From contig JBPGPT010000018.1 of the NCBI GenBank assembly GCA_051047955.1, forward strand, positions 186,001 through 250,000: 64,000 nt of DNA. The letters are read 5' to 3'. The position numbers were made by a program, and so were the translations under genes. The notes below the pieces were generated by a model that made no database searches, was not told where the DNA came from, and saw only the letters and a list, made by a program, of their open reading frames with translations. Source of the stretch: Cystobasidiomycetes sp. EMM_F5 (taxonomy: Eukaryota). Position 1 is the stretch's first letter. Each line of letters starts with the position of its first letter. Of the stretch, positions 1 through 10,783 are shown piece after piece.

Positions 1-198
1 AAGCCATTGGATCCATATTTCCAAGTCTGCGCCTAGAGGATAGGACTGACGACAGATTGTAGTGTCCATACTATGAATATTGTCCGTGTAACCAGAGCCG
101 AATCGACGAATATCAAACCGATGGCTTCCTGGGTACGACATCCCTATTCCGATTTAAGCACAGTGTGACTGTAAACTGGCGGCTGCAACTACGAGCCG

Positions 199-1377
199 TC
201 ACATCTGTAGACGAATCTGGTGCTCTCTACATATGGCCATAAGGGTCTCAATGGACGAATCGTACTCCAGATCTGCAGCACATAGAGATATGGTCTGGAG
301 CACTGGCACATCCGCGCGGGACCGCACCAACGAGGCGCCCGCAGCAGCTCCTGCAGGCCCTACCAATTCCAGCACTTCCAGGGACTGAAAAGACATTGCT
401 CGATTGGCAATATCGAGTGCCGACTCTTCGAGAGAGTCCAACGTCAAATACCTAAGTGCGGGAAAGATTGTGGCCTGTGTTACTGCACTGAACATCCGTA
501 GCGGAAGGTGGATGACTTTCAGTGTCGATGCGGAAGCTACAAGACTTGCGCACACTTGCTCCAGGAGATACTCGGTCAGGACATGCCCAACTTCTTGAAG
601 GCACAAGTATTGCAGCTGGTGCCAGGGAGCGACAGCCAACGGGCTCTCACGCGCACCCGGCGGAACGAGCGGAGCCCTGACCTTGTCAAGTCTCAAATCA
701 AGGCTGAACAGGCTTTGCCGCCCAACAATAGAAGTCCAGAAGCTTTCATCCGGTTGCGCATCTTGATGACCGTGATGATCGTGATGATCGTGCTGGATGA
801 GCAGAGCACGCGGATTTTTTGTCATAGATAGCCATTGACCGAGGAGATTTAGGTGGCTACCGTATCGGAAATGGGCGGTAATGTATAGGATGCTTGGTAA
901 TGAAAACAACGCGGCGTGTGCTTGCGGTGTAGCGACAGTATCGTGAGTGACCACGTTGCTCGAATAGAAGGTTAAATCGATTGCACTTACGCCCCGCAAG
1001 TCGGATATCGTTTTGGCGAGTTTAGAATCGGCGTTCACAGGGTGAATGCAAGGGATTCCGACAAAGTGATTAATATCGCAGCATGAATCAACGTCCATCT
1101 TCATCTTCAGAGTCTGTTGGCCTTGCCGAATGCAGGTTACGCCTCTGAACAGCTCCTCATCGCTGTCGCGATCGTCAGACGATATAGGGAAATCATGCAA
1201 CATCTCGACCCGCAGATGCTTGCAGAGGGCATATATGCGCGGGTGTACGAGCAAAAAGTCACGCAGACTGTATATATCGCCATCGAACCAATGGCTGATG
1301 TCGTATTCCCATCCAATGTCGAGCACATTCTCGGCGATACGAATGATGAGCTCGTCGGGCAGTTGTAGTAGGGCCAT
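199..1377 (-). CDS. F-box domain protein with degenerate leucine-rich C-terminus (intronless, 392 aa)
   Basis: N-terminus MALLQLPDELIIRIAENVL fits the F-box LxxLPxE(L/I) consensus; C-terminal LxxLxL stretches (LRYLTL, LEVLEL, LQTISL). Confidence 0.7.
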   Translation of the reverse strand: MALLQLPDELIIRIAENVLDIGWEYDISHWFDGDIYSLRDFLLVHPRIYALCKHLRVEMLHDFPISSDDRDSDEELFRGVTCIRQGQQTLKMKMDVDSCCDINHFVGIPCIHPVNADSKLAKTISDLRGVSAIDLTFYSSNVVTHDTVATPQAHAALFSLPSILYITAHFRYGSHLNLLGQWLSMTKNPRALLIQHDHHDHHGHQDAQPDESFWTSIVGRQSLFSLDLRLDKVRAPLVPPGARESPLAVAPWHQLQYLCLQEVGHVLTEYLLEQVCASLVASASTLKVIHLPLRMFSAVTQATIFPALRYLTLDSLEESALDIANRAMSFQSLEVLELVGPAGAAAGASLVRSRADVPVLQTISLCAADLEYDSSIETLMAICREHQIRLQM

Positions 1378-1743
1378 GATGAAGTCTGGCGAGCGGATCA
1401 GGTTCGTATAACGTAGCTAGGTTTGCAGTGAGCTGCCGTATGGTCGCGCAGCCGGAATCGCAGCGACTGCGAAGATGACGAGGTCTTCGAAGTAGGCTTG
1501 AGTCGTGGCAGTATCATTCAATAGGCAAAAGCTGTGCAGATACGGTCATATCCATCCTCCAATTGGGGTTATGTTTTGTATTGATTCCAGGTCGCGTCTC
1601 CTCTTTCGTATCTACGTCATTAACCCGATCTGCCGCTGCATTGTCGCGGAGATTGAAAGAAGAAACGCTTTCTCTATTGCAACCAATTGTTGGATTATAC
1701 TGATATTGACATACACTAACAACACATTACTCTCGCAAACACC

Positions 1744-3112
1744 ATGGCAATCCAGCGCATTCTCATCTCCAGCTCGCGGCTAGCAAGGACTAGCGCAGTC
1801 CGGTCAATGTCGACAACCCCAGCCAGAGCAGCGACAAGGGACGCAGTTCGCACACAGAAGGACGACAAGACGAGCGTGGAGTCCAACCCTGGTCCGCTCA
1901 AGAAGAGCCATGACGATGCAAAGGGGTACCACGCCGAGAAAGACAAGGACCTGTCGGAAGGCGTGAGCGACGAGATCGTTGTATCTATTAGTATGCGCTG
2001 ATAGTAAACTCCGTCTCAGCATTCTGTTGCTCGACAGGACCGCGCTGAGCCGTTCAAGGACGTACACACCCAAGAAGTATCCAAAGCAACAAAGCAGCGC
2101 GAGGGAAAGCGCGACTCTGGGTCTGAGATCGATACCGTCAACCTAGCTCACGGTAAATCAACCGGGCAAGGAGAAGAGCAACGGCAAGCAAATGCGACTA
2201 CAGAGGGAAAAAAGGCATTTCAACCAGGCCAGAAGGGCGATCAGGTGGGCTTGTATGCGATATTAAATTGGGAATCTCATACACTTACACTCCCATGCAC
2301 AGGTCGGATCTGGAGCATCCGGAGGAGAAGGCAAGCAACCCGGTGAAGGCATGACTGGCACTAAAGATGCACCGAAGAACACCACATGGAGTGCACTCGG
2401 CGAGCAGGCCAAGAACTTTGTAGGCAAAGGACCGGCAAGTGGTTTCCACACGTATGCTCGATCTCGCTTTCCATCATCGGTACCGGAATCTGCAGTAGAC
2501 AAGGGTGCGCGCAAGCCAAAGGATACCAAAGTCGGCGGTGCACAGTCTGAGCATCTCCCTCATCACGCACCAGGCGAAGGCGACAAGATGCCCGCTGTCA
2601 AAAATAGCGCGTCCTTGCCGTCAAAGAAGGGCGATGCGTCACATCAGACCAAACGATCCATGTCATCCAAGTCAGCTGGCCAGACGGCAACAGATTACAA
2701 TCAACCAGGTGGTCGTGCTACAGGTACAGCAACTACACCAGGCTCCCGTGCCGTTGATCCAGAGAGCAAAATACACTCACCCTCTTTCGCTCCCAACAGT
2801 GGAGCACAAGCAACTTACACCCACGTAGTCGGCTCGCCCGACCCAGACTCACACAAGACAAAGTACAACTATTCTACCCAGACGTCGTCTGGAGGAATCC
2901 CATCTGGAACAGCACCACGATCATCGACGAGCTCCAGTCCGTACAATGAAGCGACTACAGCGGGAATCCTGAAGAACGAAGCAGGAATCGGAAGCTCGAA
3001 TGACAAAATCTCAGACACGCTGAAGGGCGCTGATGAGATGGTGGAGAAGCAGGCGCTGGGTGGTGCTGGCGATGACGTCGGTGGGCGAGGAGAGGCGCGT
3101 GGCCATCAGTGA
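1744..3112 (+). CDS. Hydrophilic, disordered (hydrophilin/LEA-like) protein with mitochondrial presequence-like N-terminus; 3 exons
   Basis: Arg/Ser/Ala-rich, acid-free N-terminus MAIQRILISSSRLARTSAVRSMSTT. Introns at ~1963-2037 (GTGAGC..CAG) and ~2245-2302 (GTGGGC..CAG) join into the 2351..3112 frame. G/K/S/T/D-rich. Confidence 0.65.
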
Positions 3113-3739
3113 GCAGACGATGTTTCAGCACTCAGACCAGCAGGGTTAACCCGTCGCGTCTTCAGAGCATACAGGCCACCACCTGACCTTGGCCAACCAA
3201 TCGAAGATACTGTGAGTCGTCCTGGAGTATATGCAGTTTGAAGCCTCGCTGACATTTAAATAACAGTTGCCGAAACCAATCAAGCCGTGAGAGAACGATA
3301 GGACACGTTAGGAAAACGTTAACAGCTAGCCAAAAGCAATGTATTAGACCCACAGGCCACAGACAACGAGGAACCCAGCCCAAAATTTTGATGCCGGACT
3401 GGGAGCCAGCTGACTGAGCGACCGTGCTAATGGTTATTTGACGAATACTCCTTCATCGTTGTCAATCCGCTTGTGTCATTCTAACGTTGCCACAGCAGCG
3501 GAGACTGAATTTCTCGTGTTCTCCTCACGGAGGCTGTCTGGATGTGAAGGATTGTCTCAACCGATTGATTAGCACTCATGGTCAATGTGTAAAGTAAAAT
3601 GTAAACGCCCGAAGCACGGAGAGCTGGATGCTAATTTCATTCTCAGCAGATCTTTTGCTAGACCTATCAGATTGTTCATCAACTGCTGTGCGGCAAATAC
3701 AGATCGCATTCATATTGTAATGCCCCAGCTAAATCCACG

Positions 3740-4545
3740 CTACGCGGGAGCCTTCCCCTTCCCGTGCAAGTTTCGTAGCTTTTGTAGCTGTGTTTGCCCT
3801 CCTGGGGACGCCCTTGTCAATGGTGACTGCAATCTGGCGGGCGTCACGCGAGTGAGATTGGACGACGACTTAGTGACCCGGAATTGCGAACTGGCTCGCT
3901 GTCGCTTCTCCGCCTCCCTACTCTCCGCCGCTTGGAAAGCGACTAGCGGATTCTGTTCGTAATACGATATAGCAGCTTCTGCTAACCTAGCCTTTTCCGA
4001 ATGAAAGGCTGCTTTCTTAGAGGCTCTGCGACAACCCGAGACTGATCAGCTCTCTGAATGTGCTATAGGGCAGCTGTTACTACTGACGGTATCGACATTG
4101 TGTAGCCGTTCACCCAAGTTGTGCCGTCGTGGCAAAGCCTGACATGCTGAACCCACGAAGAATCGATCTTGAATCTAGTTTTCACATCATGACCCTTTAC
4201 GTCCCGAACTTTTGCACGGCATCGAAGCCACTCGACTATTTCATCAGACAGCAGTAGCCAATGGCTTTGTGGCACCTTTTGCAATGGCACAACACCACTG
4301 TTTGCGCCTACTTGCGGGCCAGGAGAAGACCGCTGCTGTTGTAAAGAGACATGTAGTTCGATGTGCCTTTTCTTGTCTATACGCGGAAAGCTGCTCGGTG
4401 ACGATGATTGGTAGTGGGCATCAAACTACAATTGAACACCGACTTCTACAGAAGCCACTTCGGTGCCCAAAACTGGCTGTACACGAGATCCAAGATAAAA
4501 CTGATGCCACTCCTGCGGAAGGCATATAGACTTTTGTGCTGGCAT
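3740..4545 (-). pseudogene. Diverged paralog 1 of an orphan three-gene family, with an in-frame TAG at 4426-4428
   Basis: Manual translation MPAQKSICLPQEWHQFYLGSRV..VEVGVQL*FDAH..FPRIDKKRHIELHV..HWLLLSDEIVEWLRCRAKVRDV aligns with paralogs 2 and 3. Phase-2 intron 4087-4026; exon 2 ASKKAAFHSEKARLAEAAISYY..GKGKAPA*. Confidence 0.7.
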
Positions 4546-4937
4546 CCTCACAGATTACGGAGATTTCTGGGATGGTTGCGGTGGACTGACTCAGGAACCA
4601 AGATAGCCTAGAAGAAACGGTTTGTTGCACAGTAAGAACTCCAGAGTGGCTGTGTTTCGCATCGCCTGTACTGTGAATGCGTGGAGATGCAACACTGCCG
4701 CAACATCGTCGCTCTCGCGGCGGGTCTAGGTGTGTAAGTACGTTGCTGTAAGGTGCGCGAGGGTCTCGCTGCGGAGACCTTCCCGCGGGCAGTCGTCACC
4801 CGTATAGAGGCGATTCAAATTGTAGGCAAGCTACTGCCAGAGACGCATGTGATATCCAGACGATGTTAATGGATGCAAAACCGGATTGGGAGGGCAGTAA
4901 TCGATTGGAGTGCAGCAAAACCACGCAATGACTCTAC

Positions 4938-5954
4938 TCAACTAAACACACATGCTGAACCGGCGCCCACCGTGGCCAAGAAGGGGCTGCTGTGAGTTTC
5001 CAAGAGAGGCTGCTGTGAGAGCGCGGATAGTCTGTCAGACATCGAGAATTGGCGTCCATATGGCACTGTCGACACCGTAGGCGTTACGATGCCATGTTTG
5101 CCAGGTGCTGGGGATTTTTGCACATTGGTGGGTTGATTGAGCACACTATTCGCTCGCGGGCGCGTTCTGTGACCAGCCTTTGCGATTTCTTTGATACCTT
5201 CATTGATAGCATCAACTTCCGCCTGCATCCGATTGACTTTGGCATCGTACAATGCAAGGTAACCTGGGTCCACTTCAGGGCGAGTCTGCAGCACAGACGC
5301 TTGCCTCTGTTGAGTGGCCACAAAAGACCGTTTTTCGAAAAGGCGCATATTCTTGCGTTGCTGTAGCGCCTTGGTTGCGAATGCTGCATCGAGATTGTAT
5401 GCCGCAACGGCTTGCGCCTTGAGTTTCTGTATTTCACCGATCAAATCGGCCCTGGATCATCAGTCAGTGGGGGTTTTAGGCTTAGGAGAACAATATGATG
5501 CTTACCTTGCTTCGAGCACGAAACCGGGGGTTTGCCGAATACTGTAGCTCTTGACCCAAGCCGGATTGAACTTAAAGCGATCTCTGGTTTCGCCGCCCAT
5601 GATGTCTCGTATTTTTGCTTTGCAGCGAAGCCATTCCAAAATAGTATTGGAGAGAATCACCCATCGATCCTGCTTAATCATGGTAGGTGCAAATGTAGAC
5701 CCATCGCCTTCTGGCCCCGCACGCTTGAGACTTGGAGCTTGCGTTGAAGTAGCAACATATAGCGAAATGTCACCCTTACGGTGGATGCGAGGAAGGCTTT
5801 CCATATTTCCAGGAGAGTAGCCTCCCTTCACGATATCATCGAACATAAATTTTACCTCTACCTCGGCTGCCAATATATGAACGGCAGGCAGGCGCTGACC
5901 AACGTAGAAGGCGCTCATATTAGCGGGTAGCGCTTTTGCGTGCTGCATGGCCAT
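4938..5954 (-). CDS. Orphan family paralog 2 (320 aa, 2 exons)
   Basis: Exon 1 5954-5506 (MAMQHAKALP..WLRCKAKIRD..FVLEAR), intron GTAAGC..CAG, exon 2 5451-4938 (ADLIGEIQKLKAQAVAAY..). Closely similar to the copy at 7026-7850. Confidence 0.75.
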
Positions 5955-6184
5955 GCTTAGCGAGACGTTCAAGCGTTACGAATGTCAAGACCGAGCGGAT
6001 GCGGCTTGCCAGATGTTGCTTTCGAATACTGTCGTGAGCGAATCCAAGGTAGGCTGAAAGCGAGTATGCTATTCTGTGACACCTGCGCCATATTGAACGC
6101 TTGCAACACCTTGAATTGCCCCAGCTGTGCGTTATGGGGGACTGTTTGCACTGCTCGGCGTCCTTCCGTGTATTAAATGTGCGC

Positions 6185-6215
6185 CAGTGAGGGTACAGTG
6201 AGGGTGCAGTGAGGG
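6185..6215. repeat. 11-bp tandem repeat, about 3 copies (CAGTGAGGGTR)
   Basis: cagtgagggta cagtgagggtg cagtgaggg read directly. Confidence 0.85.
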
Positions 6216-6226
6216 CATGTGCTACC

Positions 6227-6435
6227 GCCCTTCTGGGCGTGTACTAGTCGTAGTCGTAGTGGAGCCGCGTAAGTGCGAAGCGACGACTACACCCGTGCGG
6301 CACCTCGATGCCACGCACGCCAGTTCATCGTACATAGTCAGCCGTGCACACACAAAGAGACGTCACGCGTCGTCGTCGAGCTAAGTCAGGCAGTTGCGAT
6401 GTCCGACTCCCCGGAGATGGGGGAATCAAGGTCAT
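6227..6435. repeat. Duplicated non-coding block, copy A (upstream of paralog 2)
   Basis: Collinear shared blocks with 8346-8569: gcccttctgggcgtg, gtgcggcacctcgatgccac, atagtcagcc, tcaggcagttgc, tcaaggtcat. Confidence 0.85.
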
Positions 6436-6472
6436 ACCCATGCATTGCGAGGTGTAGCGTGCGGGAGCTGAA

Positions 6473-6859
6473 ATGGCCAGGTTGTGCAAACGAACGCCTG
6501 CGATCGTGACGGCTTGTCGCAACACAGTGTATGAGGTCCAAGATAGGCTGAAGACGGGCATGCCAATTCGTAAAACTGAAGTACTTCAGAGCTGGTTGAC
6601 ATCGCGCCCTGCCCGCAGAGGCGATGTTTGGTGCACAGTACGCGTCACGCAACTTCTTCAAAGCTGCATTTGTTTTTGGATCACTTTGCGTGCTTCAAAG
6701 CTTTGCCGCGAGTCAGTCTTTGTGAGAGCAGTATCAATTGAGGAACGATCGGTAAAGTGCCAGCGGTCGGTGCTCATGCGCACGCAATATACGCTGGCCC
6801 GTGAGAGTGCTGGAATCGGACGGCTCAGCATTTTGAACATGTTTGCAAACAAAGTATGA
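6473..6859 (+). CDS. Possible orphan/de novo ORF (128 aa)
   Basis: ATG-initiated ORF starting 38 bp after the duplicated block; no recognisable motif. Confidence 0.2.
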   Translation: MARLCKRTPAIVTACRNTVYEVQDRLKTGMPIRKTEVLQSWLTSRPARRGDVWCTVRVTQLLQSCICFWITLRASKLCRESVFVRAVSIEERSVKCQRSVLMRTQYTLARESAGIGRLSILNMFANKV

Positions 6860-7025
6860 GTCCGAATTGGTATAAGGAAAGCAGGCTCAGCTTTCCTCAA
6901 TGCCGATGTCGTGTGCCGTCTCAGGGCAACGATCAGCAGCACTGGACATAAAGGTCTCCCTTTGTGAGGCCATACGGTATCGTAGCCGTTACGATGCCTT
7001 GTTCGCTAATCTGTTGAGGGTTTCT

Positions 7026-7850
7026 TTATTTTCGGGGATTGCTTGCACCGCTACTCGTCTGGCGCGTTTGCTGACGTGCCTTCACTGCCATGTTTCGGAT
7101 ACCTTCGTTGATAGCGTCAACTTCCGCCCTCATCCGAATCACTTCAGCATCATGCGATGCAAGGTATTCTTCGTGCCGAGTCTGTAGCGGTGGAGATTGC
7201 CTCTGTTGACTTGACCCAGAAGATCGTCGTTCGGGAAGTCGCATATTCTGTCGCTGCTGTAGCGCTTTTTTTGCAACTGCTGCATCGAGTTTGTATGCCG
7301 CAACGGCTTGCGCCTTGAGTTTCCGTATCTCACCAATCAAATCGGCCCTGGGGCACAAGTCAGTCGGTGTTTAAGCACGAGAGAGGAATCGTCATGCCTA
7401 CCTCGCTTCAAGCACGAACCCGGGGTTTTGCCGAATACTGTAGCTCTTGACCCAAGCCGGATTAAGCTTGAAGCGATCGCTGTTGTCACCGCCTATAATG
7501 TCTCGTAATTTTGCCTTGCATCGAAGCCATTCCAAGATAGTATTGGAGAGAATCACCCATCGATCCTGCATGACCTCGTTTGGCGCAGGTACAGGCCTAT
7601 TGTCATTTGGCCCCGCGCGCTCGATAATTTTTGCTTGCGTGGAAGTAATCACATATAGCGAAATGTCACCTTTACGGCGAATGCGGGGAAGGCTTTCCAT
7701 ATTTCCAGGAGAGTAGCCTCCTTTTCCAGTGTCATCGAAAGTAAAGTTCACCTCTACCTCGGCTGCCAATATGTTAATGGCAGGCAAACGCTGGCCAACG
7801 TAGAAGGGCCTCATATTAGCGGGTAGCGCTTTGGCGTGTTGCATGGCCAT
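7026..7850 (-). CDS. Orphan family paralog 3 (256 aa, 2 exons; C-terminus shorter than paralog 2)
   Basis: Exon 1 7850-7402 (449 nt, same length as in paralog 2), intron GTAGGC..CAG, exon 2 7347-7026. Homology to the paralog 2 tail (ggcatcgtaacg) continues past the stop. Confidence 0.72.
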
Positions 7851-8345
7851 GTTTAGCGAGACGTCCAAAGCGCTACTGGTGTCAAGATCGAGTGATTCAA
7901 TCATGACCCAGAGATAGCTTCACCGCCTCGCAAAGTACTAAGGTATTGTTTCGAATGCGATTTTCAGATGATTTCCATTGCAGTTTGGGCGCATTAAGAC
8001 TTCTTTCCAAGTATCCGATCAAGCTCCATCGCAGGCGAAGGAGAAGTACACTGTACGCAGATACTGCTCATCAATTGTGATGCACGCACTCCTATGTTTC
8101 TAGCTCACCGGGCTATTCCCCTTCTGCTGAGGTAAAGAAAGGTGTGGACAGCGGAAGCATTCCAAAGGCACTGAAGACGGATCAGAAACTCAACGAAGCG
8201 CTACCTCATAGTTCGACTCACCTACCTCACCTTTGCAGTAGCCGTCTTTTGACCAGCATGTCGGGAGCTCCGCTTGGATACCGTAAGAACGGCGAAGCTC
8301 GATGGAGGTTGTATCGAGGTGACATGAGTGAGTGTATCTACTGCA

Positions 8346-8569
8346 GCCCTTCTGGGCGTGCACGAAGTCGTAGTCGGAATCGCAGCGGATTGGCAAAGCA
8401 GACTTCGTTATATACTGTACTCCACCAGTGCGGCACCTCGATGCCACATCCGCCAGCTCGTCAGTAGATAGTCAGCCACGCACACAGAAAGAGACATTAT
8501 GCGGCGTCGTTGAGTGAACTCAGGCAGTTGCAGCATCCGACTGAGCGGGGATGAGGATATCAAGGTCAT
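8346..8569. promoter_or_regulatory. Duplicated non-coding block, copy B; probable divergent promoter region between paralog 3 and the SWIB gene
   Basis: Homologous to 6227-6435; ends 29 bp before the SMARCD ATG at 8598. Confidence 0.55.
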
Positions 8570-8597
8570 TAAAGGTCAGCTTTAGCACTCCACGACA

Positions 8598-10407
8598 ATG
8601 CAAAACTATGCCCGGCCAGCTCAGCAGCCGCAGCAGCCGTCACAGCTGCCCCAGATGCAGCCGCAGAGACCTTATGCAGGCCAGCCAATCCAGCCAATGA
8701 TGCCGGGCCAGGTAGTTGCAGGACAGAATATCCCTATGCCCCAGCAGATTCAAGCCAGAGCACTCCAGGCGCAGCATATGGGCATGCCCGTTCAGCATCA
8801 GCACCAACAGCAGCCTCCGCCAACGACGACGGCGCAGCTCAAGCGAGTTCTGAATCCAAACCCAGCAGAAGGCAACGCCAGGCCAAATCCACAGAGCTTG
8901 CACAGGAAACGGAAACCAACAGACCGCGCGCTGCCTGCTCTTACCCACGACGATGGCCTCGACAAGCTCAAGCAGCAGTACGAGCGGCTCCTGGAGCTCG
9001 AAAAGTCGCTCGACGTGACTTATACCCGAAAGAGGGCAGAGCTGGTCGACGATAGCACAAACGCAAAGCGGACAGTGTGGAAGAGACTCAGAGTGAGAAT
9101 GTCGACGGACTGTGCGGATCAGGAATGGCAGCAGAGCCCGTCAGACGGAAACGCCGCCGACGAGAACGACAAGCCAGACTTTGAGACTGGCAAAGGCATT
9201 CCATCCTGGACAATGCGGATACAGGGTCAACTACTGGATGTGAGGGTTGCTTGCAGTCGAAGAGCCGCGCGCTTTACTGAGAAAAGTTCGATTCCTCGCT
9301 TTCAGCTCGAGGGTGTTCCCCCAGACCCTAACGAGACTTCCGAAACTACAATCCGGTTCTCTCAGATTGTGCAGCACTTGTCTATTGACCTACAACGTCC
9401 GGAGGGAGCACATAGAGAGCCAGGCCTACTAAACGTACGTTGACTCTGACGACACAGGATGCGAAACATCGCTGACAATTATGGTCAGTGGCAGTCCAGC
9501 CCGAATGCTGCCCCGACCGATGGCTTCTCCTTCAAACGTAGCGGGACAGTACCTGTCAAAGTCAAGGTATCCATGTATCTGATGCAACACCCAAAGCGGT
9601 TCAAGGTGGCCCCAGACCTCGGCGATCTGCTGGATTTACGAGAAGAGACCAAGACAGGGATACTCGTTGCTCTATGGGCGTACATACAGCGAGAGCGCCT
9701 GATTGAGAACACCAGCAGCGCCCCAGATGCCGATAGACGGAATATACGGTGTGATGATAAATTGCAGAGGGTGGGCTGATGACAGTCGATCTCGTACGGA
9801 CGCGTTGCTAAATGGCTCTCACGCAGCTTTTTGGCAAGTCCAAGATGCCGTTCCACCAGATGAGTGAAGCTGTCAATAATTACCTGTCGAATCCGGACCC
9901 AGTGGTTTTAGAATACACGATAGAGTAAGCACATTTGCAGGTTGCATACTGCGAGGGAGCGAAGCTTAAGTGTCATACAGCACTTCACCTTCTTGTACCG
10001 AGTCATCCGAGACTCACGATATATTCATTGAGCTGCCCGACCCATTTATTCGGTCGGCGCAATCACTCGTTCGCAGTCTTGCTGGCAATTCGCCGACTTC
10101 CCTAGAGATAATGCGACTCGACGAGGCGATCGCTTCGTCTATACCAAACATACGTACATTGGCATACCAGCATAGTCTTCTGAGCAAGTTCAGCAAGAAT
10201 CCAGCACAATTTATGCAAGACTGGCTACGAAGCCAATCACTCGATTTGCAAGATTTGTTGGACCCGGATCCGAGCGCACATGTTGGGCTGGAGGGAGAAT
10301 GGCGATTGGAAAGACTGCGGGATGCAGAGTGGTTCAAGCAGGATTGGGTAAAGGATGCAGTCGGATTGCACATCGCGCGATCGCAGGCCAATCCTGCGGC
10401 GGCCTGA
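8598..10407 (+). CDS. SNF12: SWI/SNF-RSC subunit of the SMARCD/BAF60 (Snf12/Rsc6/Ssr3) family, SWIB domain; multi-exon
   Basis: Q/P-rich N-terminus, RKRKPTDRALP, LLELEKSLDVTYTRKR, WTMRIQGQLLD, SWIB-like PKRFKVAPDLGDLL..ALWAYIQRERL..IRCDDKL, C-terminal FSKNPAQFMQDWLRSQSLDL. Confidence 0.9.
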
Positions 10408-10783
10408 CGACGCTGTTTAGCTAGTAGTAACCGTCTGTACTTCTCTATTTTACGCTGACTACGACTATGTGAAGGTGGGATCTGACTAACTTTTATTGTC
10501 GTTCCTGAATTGTTGCACATTCCTGACCACTGACAGCCGGCCACCAGGCAAGACTGCCTTTCTGACAGCCAGCAGCTTCGCTCTGCACCCCTCACAACAC
10601 GAAAACACACATACTCTGCCAACTATTTACACTCGTTTACACCCACACTCGTTTATACCTCAAACCCATACCACTTTCAACCCGCGACTACTATTCACGT
10701 CGACTCGATCGCCTTGTATTCATTCCACCAAACTCGACTGTAAAGCAATCAACAACTAGCACTACCTGACTACCACCTCGAAT

